DNA of 64,000 nucleotides from an uncultured Rivularia sp. (GCA_963665115.1 OY762007.1:6944001-7008000); one strand, 5' to 3'. Positions 45,649 to 57,365 are shown, numbered from the stretch's first letter. Made by a program: numbers and translations. The notes: a model not told the origin generated them from the sequence alone.

Positions 45649-45680
45649 TGTAGAGACGTGCACAGTTTCGCGTCTCTACA
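45649..45680. repeat. Short dispersed palindromic repeat
   Basis: tgtagagacg...cgtctctaca arms. Confidence 0.75.
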
Positions 45681-45773
45681 AAATTTTTCATAAGTAGTAA
45701 ACCAATCATTAACCACATAATTAGTAATACGTTTGGGCGAAAGCAATTCGTAATTAAAAACTGCATTTTAATT

Positions 45774-45857
45774 AATTACCAATTACCAATTACCAATTAC
45801 CAATTACCAATTACCAATTACCAATTACCAATTACCAATTACCAATTACCAATTACC
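45774..45857. repeat. Perfect STRR (AATTACC)x12
   Basis: Twelve exact heptamer copies between convergent genes. Confidence 0.95.
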
Positions 45858-45859
45858 AA

Positions 45860-46207
45860 TTAAGCTTCTTCAGAACTATCAGCTTTTCTTCCTGGAGATG
45901 ATTCATAAAGAGCATCAAGCTGTTGGCGAGCATCTTCAACATTAATTGAACGCATTACTAACAGTGGTTCTTTAACAATATTGCCAGAATTATCTAGAAG
46001 TTCTGGATGGGGTACAAACTGTCTTCTTGTAGATAGCGAATAATTACCTTGATTTCCTCTAACGCTTCCTCGATCCATCCTTCCGAATCGCGCCGGATAA
46101 TTTGCTTGTCTATCAAAACTAAACATTATTAAATTGCGAATCAAATTAGCAACGGCTATAAAAGCGAGAGTAGTAAAAGCGAGAATGTAAAGCAGTTGTA
46201 ACAGCAT
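45860..46207 (-). CDS. DUF2973-like membrane-anchored protein
   Basis: N-terminal TM helix LLYILAFTTLAFIAVANLIRN; HPELLD..G motif. Confidence 0.7.
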   Translation of the reverse strand: MLLQLLYILAFTTLAFIAVANLIRNLIMFSFDRQANYPARFGRMDRGSVRGNQGNYSLSTRRQFVPHPELLDNSGNIVKEPLLVMRSINVEDARQQLDALYESSPGRKADSSEEA

Positions 46208-46434
46208 CTTGGTTTTCCTTTAGGGGCAGCAAGTTTTTAAACGTTCATTTCAATTGGGCTTATCGTCACCGTTCGCTCCTAGCTGCAATGTCAAAATTGC
46301 TTCCACGGCTTGAGTACACCCATAATTAATTCAACTAAAGCAGACTATACAAAAATAAATTTTTTGTAGCATTAAGTACATTTTGTCCTAAACATCATTA
46401 AATTTAAAGAAGTTTAGAAAAAATATTTATGATT

Positions 46435-46770
46435 TTATGATTCGTGTTGTTCTCGTGAATCCCGTCCAGAGCGGAATCGCATCGCAACATTCCAGCACTC
46501 TGTAACTAACTTATGCCAAGGCATAAGCGTTGACATCTCAATTCCTACCTTACCTTCTGCGACTCTAAACAACATTTTGGCTGCTTTCACTTCATCAGCT
46601 GCAACCTTTACTCGCGTCAACAGGTCAGATTGATCCTGCTCGTCTAAAAATGGTAAATGCTCTGTTTCTAGCAGGGTTTGCGAACGAGAGAACCAGTATT
46701 CAAAGTCTTCCAACAATGGCTGCAAGACTGTCTTCAACAATTCTGGCTCCGGTAAATTAGAGTCTCGCAT
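46435..46770 (-). CDS. DUF2605-like protein
   Basis: LLKTVLQPLLEDFEYWFSRS and PWHKLVTECW motifs. Confidence 0.72.
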   Translation of the reverse strand: MRDSNLPEPELLKTVLQPLLEDFEYWFSRSQTLLETEHLPFLDEQDQSDLLTRVKVAADEVKAAKMLFRVAEGKVGIEMSTLMPWHKLVTECWNVAMRFRSGRDSREQHES

Positions 46771-47085
46771 AAATGAGAAGAAAAATTCAATTTTTATTAC
46801 TAATATTAACCTTCTTTAATATTCTTAACATTTCGAGCAGTATATTTTCAAAGTCAGAACCTTAAAATAATCTGTAAGTTTTATTACACTTTGCTTATTA
46901 TATATATTCACTTTGCAATTTGTACATATCCGAAAGACGTAATATTTGACCTTCGAGGGGATATAGGTTGTTTTGTCAAAAAATATGTAAATACTGTTAA
47001 CAACATTCCACGGGGGTGATGCAGCCTACCACTAGGTCGTTAATATAGATGCAGTTCCACAATATATAGAGTAATTACTTCGTCA

Positions 47086-48933
47086 ATGGTTAAACAGCCA
47101 ATATCGCCTTCCGACTCTCATAATCCTTCGGTTGAACCGGAAAAAATTAATCTACCGCGTACCAGCGAATCTGAAGATTTACAAAAAATTCGCCATACGA
47201 CTTCTCATATCATGGCAATGGCGGTACAAAAGTTGTTTCCCGAGGCGCAAGTAACAATTGGCCCTTGGATTGAAAACGGTTTCTACTACGATTTTGAAAA
47301 TTCAGAACCTTTTACCGAGAAGGATTTGAAAGCCATCTACAAGCAGATGGTGAAAATAATTAATCGCAAATTACCAGTTATCAGAGAAGAAGTTAGTCGT
47401 GAGGAAGCCGAACGCCGAATCAAAGAAATTAACGAACCTTATAAGTTAGAAATCTTAGAAGATATTAAAGAAGAACCAATTACGATCTACCATTTGGGGG
47501 ATGAATGGTGGGATTTATGCGCCGGGCCTCATTTAGAAAATACCAAGGAATTAACGCCTAAAGCGATTGAATTAGAAAGTGTTGCTGGTGCTTATTGGCG
47601 TGGAGATGAAAATAAAGCACAGCTACAGCGTATTTATGGTACTGCTTGGGAAAATCCAGAGCAGTTAGCAGAATACAAGCGGCGTAAAGAAGAAGCAATG
47701 CGCCGCGACCATCGTAAATTAGGTAAAGAGTTAGGATTATTTATATTTTCCGATTTAGTCGGGCCTGGTTTACCTTTGTGGACTCCCAAAGGTACTTTAT
47801 TAAGAACTTTACTGGAAGATTTTCTGAAGCAAGAACAGTTAAAGCGAGGTTATTTGCCCGTAGTAACTCCTCATATTGCCAAAGTTGATTTATTCAAGAC
47901 TTCGGGGCACTGGCAGAAATACAAAGAAGATATGTTCCCCTTGATGGCAGAAGATGAGGAAGCTGCCAAATTAGAAAACGGTTTTGTAATGAAGCCGATG
48001 AATTGTCCGTTTCACATTCAAATATATGACAACGAACTGCGTTCATATCGAGAATTACCAATACGTTTAGCTGAATTCGGTACAGTTTACCGCTACGAAC
48101 AATCTGGGGAATTGGGAGGTTTAACAAGAGTAAGAGGTTTTACCGTAGATGATTCTCACCTATTTGTAACTCCCGAACAGCTAGATGAAGAATTTCTCAA
48201 CGTTGTAGATTTAATACTGTCAGTATTTAATAAACTGCAACTAAAGAATTTTAAAGCCAGATTAAGTTTCCGCGATCCAGAAAATAAAGAAAAATATATC
48301 GGCTCCGATGAAGCGTGGGAAAAAGCTCAAGGTGCTATTCGTAGGGCTGTTGAAAAGTTAGGAATGGAACACTTTGAAGGAATAGGAGAAGCTGCTTTTT
48401 ACGGTCCCAAATTAGATTTTATTTTCCAAGATGCGCTGCAAAGAGAATGGCAATTAGGAACGGTACAAGTTGACTATAATTTACCCGAACGCTTCAAATT
48501 AGAATACGTTGCTGAAGACGGTTCTCGTCAACGTCCAATAATGATTCATCGTGCGCCCTTTGGTTCTTTAGAGCGATTAATTGGTATTTTAATTGAAGAA
48601 TATGCGGGTGATTTTCCATTGTGGTTAGCACCAGTACAAGCAAGGTTATTGCCAGTTACAGAAGTCCAATTAGATTTCGCAAAAGAAGTCGCCGCGAAAA
48701 TGATTTCGTTAGGTATTCGTGCGGAAGTTGATACTAGTGGCGACAGACTTGGTAAACTAATACGTAATGCCGAAAAGCAGAAAATTCCCGTGATGGCTGT
48801 AGTCGGACAAAAAGAAGTAGAATCCAATACTTTAAGTATTCGTACCCGTGCTTCTGGAGATTTAGGAACCATGTCCGTATCCGAAGTACTGGACAATATG
48901 AAGAATGCTATTACCAATTACAGCAACTTTTAG
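47086..48933 (+). CDS. thrS: Threonine--tRNA ligase
   Basis: DLCAGPH, RDHRKLG, KPMNCPFH, RVRGFTVDD, GEAAFYGPK and HRAPFGSLER motifs. Confidence 0.97.
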   Translation: MVKQPISPSDSHNPSVEPEKINLPRTSESEDLQKIRHTTSHIMAMAVQKLFPEAQVTIGPWIENGFYYDFENSEPFTEKDLKAIYKQMVKIINRKLPVIREEVSREEAERRIKEINEPYKLEILEDIKEEPITIYHLGDEWWDLCAGPHLENTKELTPKAIELESVAGAYWRGDENKAQLQRIYGTAWENPEQLAEYKRRKEEAMRRDHRKLGKELGLFIFSDLVGPGLPLWTPKGTLLRTLLEDFLKQEQLKRGYLPVVTPHIAKVDLFKTSGHWQKYKEDMFPLMAEDEEAAKLENGFVMKPMNCPFHIQIYDNELRSYRELPIRLAEFGTVYRYEQSGELGGLTRVRGFTVDDSHLFVTPEQLDEEFLNVVDLILSVFNKLQLKNFKARLSFRDPENKEKYIGSDEAWEKAQGAIRRAVEKLGMEHFEGIGEAAFYGPKLDFIFQDALQREWQLGTVQVDYNLPERFKLEYVAEDGSRQRPIMIHRAPFGSLERLIGILIEEYAGDFPLWLAPVQARLLPVTEVQLDFAKEVAAKMISLGIRAEVDTSGDRLGKLIRNAEKQKIPVMAVVGQKEVESNTLSIRTRASGDLGTMSVSEVLDNMKNAITNYSNF

Positions 48934-49003
48934 GAGACAATAGAAGTGGGCATTAGCCCACTCGCTATTACCGAATTTATATAAATACCCAAAAAATAAC
49001 ATT

Positions 49004-49192
49004 ATGAGTACTCCAAAGGAAAGCATCCAATCTATTTTGAAGCAGTTACCGGATAATTGTTCTGTTGAAGATATTCAATATCATTTGTATGTGAGCGAAA
49101 AAGTGCGACGTAGCATAGAAGTAGCCGATACTAGAGGAACAAGGACACACAATGAGGCCAAAGAACGTTTAAGCAAATGGCTTATCAAGTAG
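49004..49192 (+). CDS. Putative antitoxin
   Basis: LPDNCSVEDIQYHLYV motif; 62 aa and overlapping a RelE/ParE gene. Confidence 0.7.
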   Translation: MSTPKESIQSILKQLPDNCSVEDIQYHLYVSEKVRRSIEVADTRGTRTHNEAKERLSKWLIK

Positions 49193-49476
49193 TATGGTCA
49201 CCTAAAGCTTTAGATGATGTAGAAGCGATCGCCATATATATCTCTCGTGATTCTGCTTCCTATGCTGCTGCGGTAGTCAAGAAAATACTTGATCTAACCC
49301 GCAGTTTGAATCACTGTCCTACTGCTGGTGAAGTTGTGCCAGAATTCGATGACGATAATGTCAGACAACAGTTTGCCTATATGTATCGAATTATCTATCG
49401 TATCAAAGGTCAGACGGTTACTGTTGCCACAGTAACTTACAAAAAGAAGCTACTGGAGGAATTTGGCAAAGACTAA
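49177..49476 (+). CDS. RelE/ParE-family toxin
   Basis: VVWSPKALDDVEAIAIYISRDS and YRIIYRI motifs. Confidence 0.85.
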   Translation: MAYQVVWSPKALDDVEAIAIYISRDSASYAAAVVKKILDLTRSLNHCPTAGEVVPEFDDDNVRQQFAYMYRIIYRIKGQTVTVATVTYKKKLLEEFGKD

Positions 49477-49510
49477 TACATCCATCTAAACAACAACTTT
49501 TAGTTAAGTA

Positions 49511-49543
49511 AAAACTCGGCTTATTTCTACAGCCGGGTTTTTT
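49511..49543. terminator. Hairpin terminator or dispersed repeat
   Basis: aaaactcggct...agccgggtttttt; a similar hairpin lies at about 57260-57292. Confidence 0.6.
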
Positions 49544-50156
49544 CTATGAAAGAGTTAGTGGTTAGTATTTTGTAGGGGCGGCAAATAAATTAATAATTGT
49601 ATGGTGCGTCATATTGAATCCGTTAGTATCGCAATTATATATTTTTGAATGCAAAGTGACGCAGAGGGAAGCCTAAAGGGACGCAGAGTTTTTATTTATA
49701 TGTCGAATAATTGCAATACAAACGCGAAAATTATCATATCTTGCACCTGAGAACAAATAAATTTTGAAAACAATTGTTAATTATTCGATTGTGTTCATTC
49801 ATACCCGCCAAGGGTTGTAAACAAGAAGGCTAATAGCAGAAGTCCATTGAAATGGACTAAATGTATAACCAATCAAATTTGTAATATTTTTTAATATCTA
49901 TTATTTATTCAGTATTTATGCTTAAGGTGAAAGATGTCACCTGCGTGATGCTTTAATAATCATTCTACGTGAATTAAATCTTTTTTAAATAATATTCCTT
50001 TATCTCCTCTATACCTCTATCCTCTGCGCTCTCAACGTCTCTGCGGTTTTATAATCAGTAATTCTTCAGCAAAGAGAATAATTGCATAATTCGGAAAACC
50101 CTAGAAAGATATAAATATAGCCGTAAAAAAAATCACTTCAATAAAAATCGTAAATC

Positions 50157-53097
50157 ATGGGCAAAAAACATCACGATGTTCGAGATTTAATGCATCGCGC
50201 CTTTGCTGTATTTTTAACCGTATTTTTGATTTCCGATGTGGGGAGAGTATATGCTTCTAGGAATTTACAAATAATTGCTCAACAGGGAGAAACGCAAGCG
50301 GATGCAACCGAGGCTGAAGCAATAAAGTTAATGCAAGAAGGATTGCAATTACAGAAGCAGCGAAGTAAGGAATCACTGCTAATAGCTAGGAATAAATTTG
50401 AAGCAGCACTGGTTTTGTGGAAGAAACTGGGGGATAAGAAATTGCAAGCTGTTACTCTCAATAATATTGGTGGAGTCTACGATTCTTTAGGAGAAAACCA
50501 GAAGGCAATACAATACTTCAACCAAGCTTTACCTTTATCTCGTGCGGTGGGAGATAAGCGTTACGAAGCAGCTATCCTCAATAATATTGGTGGAATCTAC
50601 TCGGATTTAGGAGAAAAGCAGAAGGCACTACAATACTTCAACCAAGCTTTACCTTTATCTCGTGCGGTGATAGATAGAGAACGAGAAGCCTATATTCTTA
50701 ATAATATTGGTGCAGTCTACTGGGGTTTAGGAGAAAATCAAAAAGCACTGCAATACTACAACCAAGCTTTACCTATATTACGTGCAGTGGAAAATAGGAG
50801 TATGGAAGCTACTACACTCGATAATATTGGCAGTGTCTACAACTCTTTAGGAGAAAATCAAAAAGCACTACAATACTATAAACAAGCTTTACCCTTATCT
50901 CGTGCGGTGGAAGACAAGGGTGGAGAAGCCACTACACTCAATAATATTGGTCTTGTCTACTCGGATTTGGGAGAAAATCAAAAAGCTCTGCAATACTACA
51001 ACCAAGCTTTACCTTTATTGCGTGCAGTAGGAGACGGGGGTGTAGAAGCCACTACACTTAATAACATTGGTAGAGTCTACTCGGATTTAGGAGAAAATCA
51101 AAAAGCTCTGCAAAAATACAAACAAGCTTTGCCTTTATATCGTGCAGTGGAAGACAAGGATGGAAAAGCCACTATCTTTAATAATATTGGTAAAGTCTAC
51201 TGGGGTTTAGAAGAAAACCAGAAGGCATTGCAATACTATAACCAAGCTTTACCTTTATATCATGCGGTGAGAAACAGAGTTGGAGAAGCCAATACTTTTA
51301 AAAATTTAGCTAAACTAAAACGCAAACAAGGTAATTTACAAGCATCCCTCAACCACATCCGCATGGCGATCGCCATTATCGAAGATTTACGCGGTACCTA
51401 CACCAACCAAGATTTAAAAATCACATATTTCTCTACAGTCCAAGATTACTACAAATTCTACATTGACCTATTGATGGAACAACATAAAAAAAACCCATCA
51501 AAAGGATACGATTCTATAGCGCTACACATTTCCGAACGTTTCCCGCGCTCGTGGTTTAATCGAACTCTTAGCTCAAGCTAACGCTAAACTCAGCAAAAAT
51601 GTTAATCCCAAATTCATTGCAGAAGAAAAAGAATTACAGCTAAAACGTCAAGCTCAAGAAAAAATTCTCGTTAAGTTAATTAATCAAAAGCAACCACCGA
51701 AAGACACAATTAAACAAACCGAAGCCGAAATTCAAAATATTATTAACCAACAAAAACAACTTAAAGCAAAAATCCGCGCTCAAAATCCAGAAAGGGATAA
51801 ATTAACTAATCCAGAACCGTTAAAATTACCTCAAATTCAACAGCAATTAGATAAAGACACTGTATTACTGCAATATTCCTTGGGTGAAGAGCGTAGTTAT
51901 TTATGGTTAGTTACTCCTACTTCTTTAAATAGCTACGAATTAGCTCCTGGTGAAGAAATTGAAAAAATCGCTAAAGAATTTTACAGTGCATTAGCAATAA
52001 ATAATTTACCGATTGATTCAGCCAAAAAACTTAGCGAAATTATTCTTAAACCCGTACAAGATAAGTTAGCTGGGAAAAGATTGGTTATCGTTGCTGATGG
52101 TGTTTTACAACAGATTCCGTTTGCAGCATTACATAATTCGGGAGAGGGGGTAGAGAGGGTAGAGGGGGTAGAGGGGGTAGAAAATAATGAATGTAGAGAC
52201 GTTACATGTAACGTCTCCAGAGGTGGGATTATTCCCGAACCGAAACCAGGGGTAAATATCAATAACACTAATTATCAACCGTTGATGCTTAATCACGAAA
52301 TTGTGAATTTACCTTCAGCATCAACTATTGCTATCCAACGAGAAAAAATCGCTAAACGTAAAATAGCGCCGAAAAAAATCGCCATTCTTGCAGATCCAGT
52401 ATATAGTTCCAACGACGAACGAATTACAGGTAAATCAACAAGTTACGACCTTAATATTGATATTGAATTAGAACGTTCTGCTCTCAAACGTTCCGCTAAA
52501 AGTCTTAACCGTAATGGTTGGAGTCAATTACCAAATACAAAAATAGAAGCACAAGAAATACTAAAACTTGTTTCTAATGAATCGAGCGTATCAGCATTTA
52601 GCTTTGACGCTAACTATAATTGGGCAACAAGCAAAAACCTCAATCAATTCCAAATTTTACACTTTGCAACTCACGGTTTTGTTAATCCCGAGCAACCGGA
52701 ATTATCGGGAATTGTTTTATCTTTAGTTAATAAGGATGGCGAACAAATACCAGGTTATTTGCGTTTAGCAGATTTATTTGAACAAGATTATCCAGCAGAA
52801 TTAGTTGTATTAAGTGCTTGCCAAACTGGACTTGGTAAAAATGTCAGCGGTGAAGGGATTGTTGGCTTGACAAAGGGATTGATGTATGCGGGTGCTTCAC
52901 GAGTTGCTTTGTCGTTGTGGAATGTTAGCGATGAAGGTACGTCGGTGTTGATGCAAGAATTTTATAAGCAGATGTTGCAGGAAAATAAAAATCCTACTCA
53001 AGCCTTGAGGGATGCACAGCGCAAGTTATGGGCTAATCCTGAATGGCGAAATCCTTATTATTGGGCTGCTTTTACTTTGCAAGGTGAGTGGAATTAA
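50157..53097 (+). CDS. TPR-repeat plus CHAT-domain protein (HetF/caspase-like); apparent +1 frameshift at about 51540
   Basis: Signal-like N-terminus and 40-aa TPR repeats; SER|SRARGLIELL restored by removing one T; HFATHG and LSACQTG dyad; PYYWAAF. Confidence 0.88.
50461..51300 (+). repeat. Coding 120-bp tandem repeats (7 TPR units)
   Basis: ataa(t/c)attgg recurs at 50461, 50581, 50701, 50821, 50941, 51061 and 51181. Confidence 0.9.
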
Positions 53098-53102
53098 GTT
53101 CG

Positions 53103-53146
53103 TTCGTAGTTGCGCTTTAGCGCCAAATATGTAGTGCAACTACGAA
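53103..53146. repeat. Short dispersed inverted repeat
   Basis: ttcgtagttgcgct...agtgcaactacgaa arms. Confidence 0.7.
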
Positions 53147-53251
53147 CAAATACTGTTCCCTAGTTGAACCTGGAAACTAGAACAAATATAAATCTTAAAA
53201 TCACTATTATGGTGTATTTAAGCGAAAAACAAAACAATCAGCAATAAAAAA

Positions 53252-53500
53252 ATGCCAGCCATTGTTAAACTACAACTCTCTATAGAAACTTTAGTAGAAG
53301 CTATTTCTTCCTTAAATTTAGAAGAGAAATGTCAACTTCAAGAAATAATTGAACAACAAATTTTTGAAGCTGAAGAAGCGGTTTACGAAGATAATTTAGA
53401 AACAAAGAAAGAAATTCAAGCTGTTCGCGCTGAGTATGCAACTGGTGAGTCGATCACTATGGATGAATATATTGCTAAACGCTCAAATCAAGCATCATGA
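53252..53500 (+). CDS. Small acidic hypothetical protein, antitoxin-like
   Basis: 82 aa ending EIQAVRAEYATGESITMDEY, resembling cyanobacterial antitoxin-like proteins. Confidence 0.55.
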   Translation: MPAIVKLQLSIETLVEAISSLNLEEKCQLQEIIEQQIFEAEEAVYEDNLETKKEIQAVRAEYATGESITMDEYIAKRSNQAS

Positions 53501-53507
53501 GCGACAG

Positions 53508-53576
53508 ATGGTGCGTGACGCGATTTCTTAACTTATAACTCCGTAGATAATTTATCGAGCGCGTCACACACCCTAC
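53508..53576. repeat. REP-like inverted repeat element
   Basis: ggtgcgtgacgcg ... cgcgtcacacaccctac arms. Confidence 0.7.
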
Positions 53577-53621
53577 AAGATTTAGCGCAGCCTTTACAAG
53601 TAACAACTAACCAAAATTAAT

Positions 53622-53644
53622 GGGGGTGATGCATCATCACCCCC
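53622..53644. terminator. Stem-loop downstream of ndhD
   Basis: gggggtgatg-cat-catcaccccc perfect 10-bp stem. Confidence 0.55.
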
Positions 53645-53697
53645 ACCAAATATTTAGACAACGATTTAATAGCACCACCCCTGAATTTCGTACTTAA

Positions 53698-55314
53698 CTA
53701 CTCTGCAATGTTAACCAAACTTGCAATATTTGAATCTGCTAATGTTGGTGCGGAAATAACTTTAGAATACAAACTTGATGGTTGTTCGGATGCAATCACT
53801 GGTAGTGCTTCACGTGCGTGAACTGCTAATTTTTGTGTCTTCACATCATAAGTTTGTGTTGCCAATTTCGGATACAAGCCGATACCGATGATTGGAAGTA
53901 ATAAGGAAGCGGCAATGAAAAGTTCGCGGGGTTTTACATCGGGTACTATTTCATCCAAATGTAATTCTTCATTTTGCTTGCCGTAAAATACCTGTTTCAA
54001 CAAAGATAGTAAATAAATCGGAGTCAAAATTACGCCTACGGCACTTAGCAACACAACTACAACTTTAAAGCTGGAGCTATATACGTCGCTGCTAGACATA
54101 CCGAGGAATACCATCAATTCTCCAACAAAACCGCTCATTCCTGGTAGCGCTAAGGAAGCCATTGCACCTGCGGTATACAAAGCAAAGGTTTTAGGCATTA
54201 CTTTTGCCATACCACCCATTTTATCCATATCTAAGGTGTGGCTGCGTTCGTAAGTTACGCCGGAAAGGAAGAATAATGCCGCTGCAATCAAACCGTGGGA
54301 AATCATTTGTAACATCGCACCGCTCATACCAATTTCGGTATAGGAACCGATTCCGATTAACACGATACCCATGTGAGCAATTGAGGAGTAAGCCAAACGA
54401 CGCTTCAAGTTGGTTTGTGCAAAGGCACAGCAAGCACCGTAAATAATGTTAACTACACCCAAGATGATTAATACGGGAGCAAAAACAACGTGAGCGTTAG
54501 GTAGCATTTCCATATTGATGCGAATTAATGCATAACCACCCATCTTTAACAATACGCCAGCCAAAATCATCGAACCCGGTGCAGAAGCTTCACCGTGAGC
54601 ATCGGGCAACCAAGTATGAAGAGGGAAAATTGGCAGTTTTACGCCGAAGGCAATTAAGAAACCAGCATAAGCAAGCATTTCAAGAGTTTTGGGATATTGC
54701 TTCATTCCCAAAGCTGTCATATCGAAAGTTACGGTATCGCCAGAGAATGCCATTGCAAACGCTGCTACCAAAATAAATATAGATGCTGCTGCTGTATAAA
54801 TAATAAATTTAGTTGCCGCATAGCGACGTTTTTCACCTCCCCAGATGGAAATTAGCAGGTATACGGGAACCAACTCAATTTCCCACATCAAGAAGAACAT
54901 TAATAAATCTTGAGCGACGAACACGCCAACCTGAGCGGCGTACATCACCATCATCAAACTATAAAATAAACGTGGCTTATTTGTGACTCTCCAAGCCGCA
55001 AAAATCGCCAAAGTATTAATTAAACCTGTTAATAAAATCAAAGGCATTGACAAACCGTCAACTGCCACAGACCAATTTAAACCTAACTGAGGCACCCAAG
55101 CGTATTTTTCAACAAATTGCAATGATGCATTCTGAAAATCGTAATTTTGCCAAAAGGCACAAATCATTAATGTAAAGTCGGCGATCGCCACGCCTAAAGC
55201 AAACCAACGAACGGTTTTGCCATCTTTATCGGGAAGTACGGGAATGGCCAATGCTGCCAACGCAGGCAACAAGATTATAGAAGTCAACCAAGGAAATTCG
55301 CTCATTACTGACAA
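53698..55314 (-). CDS. ndhD: NAD(P)H-quinone oxidoreductase subunit 4 (NdhD1/D2 type)
   Basis: [40 protein letters not shown] and [10 protein letters not shown] motifs. Confidence 0.95.
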   Translation of the reverse strand: MSVMSEFPWLTSIILLPALAALAIPVLPDKDGKTVRWFALGVAIADFTLMICAFWQNYDFQNASLQFVEKYAWVPQLGLNWSVAVDGLSMPLILLTGLINTLAIFAAWRVTNKPRLFYSLMMVMYAAQVGVFVAQDLLMFFLMWEIELVPVYLLISIWGGEKRRYAATKFIIYTAAASIFILVAAFAMAFSGDTVTFDMTALGMKQYPKTLEMLAYAGFLIAFGVKLPIFPLHTWLPDAHGEASAPGSMILAGVLLKMGGYALIRINMEMLPNAHVVFAPVLIILGVVNIIYGACCAFAQTNLKRRLAYSSIAHMGIVLIGIGSYTEIGMSGAMLQMISHGLIAAALFFLSGVTYERSHTLDMDKMGGMAKVMPKTFALYTAGAMASLALPGMSGFVGELMVFLGMSSSDVYSSSFKVVVVLLSAVGVILTPIYLLSLLKQVFYGKQNEELHLDEIVPDVKPRELFIAASLLLPIIGIGLYPKLATQTYDVKTQKLAVHAREALPVIASEQPSSLYSKVISAPTLADSNIASLVNIAE

Positions 55315-55655
55315 TCGCTTTACAATTTCTCTTAATGTTTACATTATATTAAGCAATTTATAGTTTTGTAAACAGAATTTACCCCTATAAAATCAAATTT
55401 TTAGAGTTTTTTTAGTAATAAATACTCAAAAAAATGGTATTTTATCTGCAAATCATAAATTTTTGTTAAAAAAGTAAGCAGCAAAAGCTGCTGCTACCGT
55501 TGCATTTTGTAACAAAAATTCTGTCTTATGGAGGTTCAAAATTAGTAAATATTTTAAATAGTTAACTAAAGATATTGAAATATATGGTTAAACAAAAAGT
55601 AATTCCTATAAATAAAGAAAATTAACAGGCGGACATATCATAAACTGTTCCCTAC

Positions 55656-56174
55656 TCAAATAATCCGGTTAACAATCGTCCAAACTTCTCCATCAGAACG
55701 AACGTAAGGAACGGAGATAGTTTTAAAGCCAGTAATGAACGGTTTGTAATACACTTGCCAATAAAGCGGAGTTAGATTGTCAGCACAAGTTTTGAGACTG
55801 TTGACTTCCGTTGCGAGTTCTGCTGCTAGCTGATTTATACGTTCTGCATGAGTCTTAGCTTTGGTTTTAGCTTCTTCCAATTGTTCTATTTGTTCGGAAA
55901 GACGGGTTATGTATCCCGAGCGAGGTTCTTTTATGATTGTTTCTTTTTGTGCTAATTGAAATTCTAAAGCTGCGATCGCTTCATCTATACCTTTAAGCTC
56001 GGCAAACAGTTGAGGATTTTCTCTTGCTTGACGACGGTAAGCTTCTGCTATTGCTTGAGGTGAATCATCATCATCTTCAGAAGGCGTAATATTTACGGCA
56101 AGAGAAGCACCTTCTCGGCGCAGTTGATTTATTTGAGAGCGAATCACCGCAATTTCTGCCTTAATATCCTGCAT
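55656..56174 (-). CDS. Hypothetical coiled-coil protein
   Basis: 172-aa ORF directly downstream of thrB, with a heptad-rich sequence. Confidence 0.65.
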   Translation of the reverse strand: MQDIKAEIAVIRSQINQLRREGASLAVNITPSEDDDDSPQAIAEAYRRQARENPQLFAELKGIDEAIAALEFQLAQKETIIKEPRSGYITRLSEQIEQLEEAKTKAKTHAERINQLAAELATEVNSLKTCADNLTPLYWQVYYKPFITGFKTISVPYVRSDGEVWTIVNRII

Positions 56175-56183
56175 AATTGCTTT

Positions 56184-57116
56184 CTATCCTTGAACGACGC
56201 TTCTTGCTCCTTGACGATCAATTTGGAGCGTTTGCACTTGTACTTTAATTCCTTCTTTTTGCCATTCAGAAGCCATAGCTGCTGCTACAGTCTTAGAATT
56301 AGCGGTATTAGTTAATGCAAGTAATGTTGGGCCAGCACCGCTGATAACCATACCATAAGCACCTGCTGATAAAGTTTTGCTAAAAATTTCATCGTAATTT
56401 TTTATCAGGCTTTTTCTGTAGGGCTGATGTAATTTATCTTGCAAAGCAGCCCGCAACCAATTTTGATTACCAGTTTCCAATCCTCGCAATAGCAACCCCA
56501 GGTGTGCTGTATTGAAAATCGCATCTCCACGACTTACTTGAGTTGGTAATACTTGCCGCGCTTCGCTGGTTGAAAGTTCAAAATCTGGAATTGCTACTAC
56601 TGGTACGACATCTTTACACCAGGGAATATCGCAAATTTCCCATCCTGTATCGCTTGTCGCAGCTAAACGACATCCACCTAAAAGCGCTGGTACCACATTA
56701 TCGGGATGTCCTTCCATCGTTATGGCTAATTCCATTATCTGCGCTGGAGTTAAAACTTCACCTGCCAATACATTCGCGCCGATTAATCCACCAACAATAG
56801 CTGTCGCAGAGCTACCTAAACCTCGCGCTAATGGAACTCCTAATTTAATTTCAATTTTGACTGGAGGTGGTGTTTGTTCTATGTGTTGAAATAATTTTGC
56901 AAATGCTTGATATACAAGATTGCTTTCATCTGTAGTTACTTTTGCTGCTTCGCTTCCGGTAACTGTAATAATTAACTTTTTATCTTGATTTATTTGTTCC
57001 CGAGTAAACTTCAATTCGTTATAAAGCGTTAAAGCTGCACCAATACAGTCAAACCCAGGGCCTAAATTCGCAGTTGTGGCAGGAACAGTTACGCAGACGG
57101 AGGAGACAACAGACAT
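56184..57116 (-). CDS. thrB: Homoserine kinase
   Basis: VPATTANLGPGFD, PLARGLGSSA, EGHPDN and ISGAGPT motifs. Confidence 0.96.
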   Translation of the reverse strand: MSVVSSVCVTVPATTANLGPGFDCIGAALTLYNELKFTREQINQDKKLIITVTGSEAAKVTTDESNLVYQAFAKLFQHIEQTPPPVKIEIKLGVPLARGLGSSATAIVGGLIGANVLAGEVLTPAQIMELAITMEGHPDNVVPALLGGCRLAATSDTGWEICDIPWCKDVVPVVAIPDFELSTSEARQVLPTQVSRGDAIFNTAHLGLLLRGLETGNQNWLRAALQDKLHQPYRKSLIKNYDEIFSKTLSAGAYGMVISGAGPTLLALTNTANSKTVAAAMASEWQKEGIKVQVQTLQIDRQGARSVVQG

Positions 57117-57365
57117 CAAAATAAATAATTTTAATTTAATAAAAAATCTTCAGCATTTAATTACTCAGCATCTCATATAAATCAGTGCTTGCACAAAAAA
57201 CAAGTTTTTTTAAAAATAGGAAACACAATTTCCCATTACTTCAATTTAAATCGAAATCAAAAAACCCGGCTTCTCAAATAAGCTGGGTTTTAATAAAATA
57301 TTGAATTGCAGACAACTGAAGTTTTCGTTAAAAGATGTTAAGTTTAATTTGGAGATAAGCAAAGC

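Noticed and set aside
50461..51300. Regularly spaced repeats resembling a CRISPR array
   Set aside because: The 120-bp period is in frame and encodes TPR units; there are no unique spacers between identical repeats.
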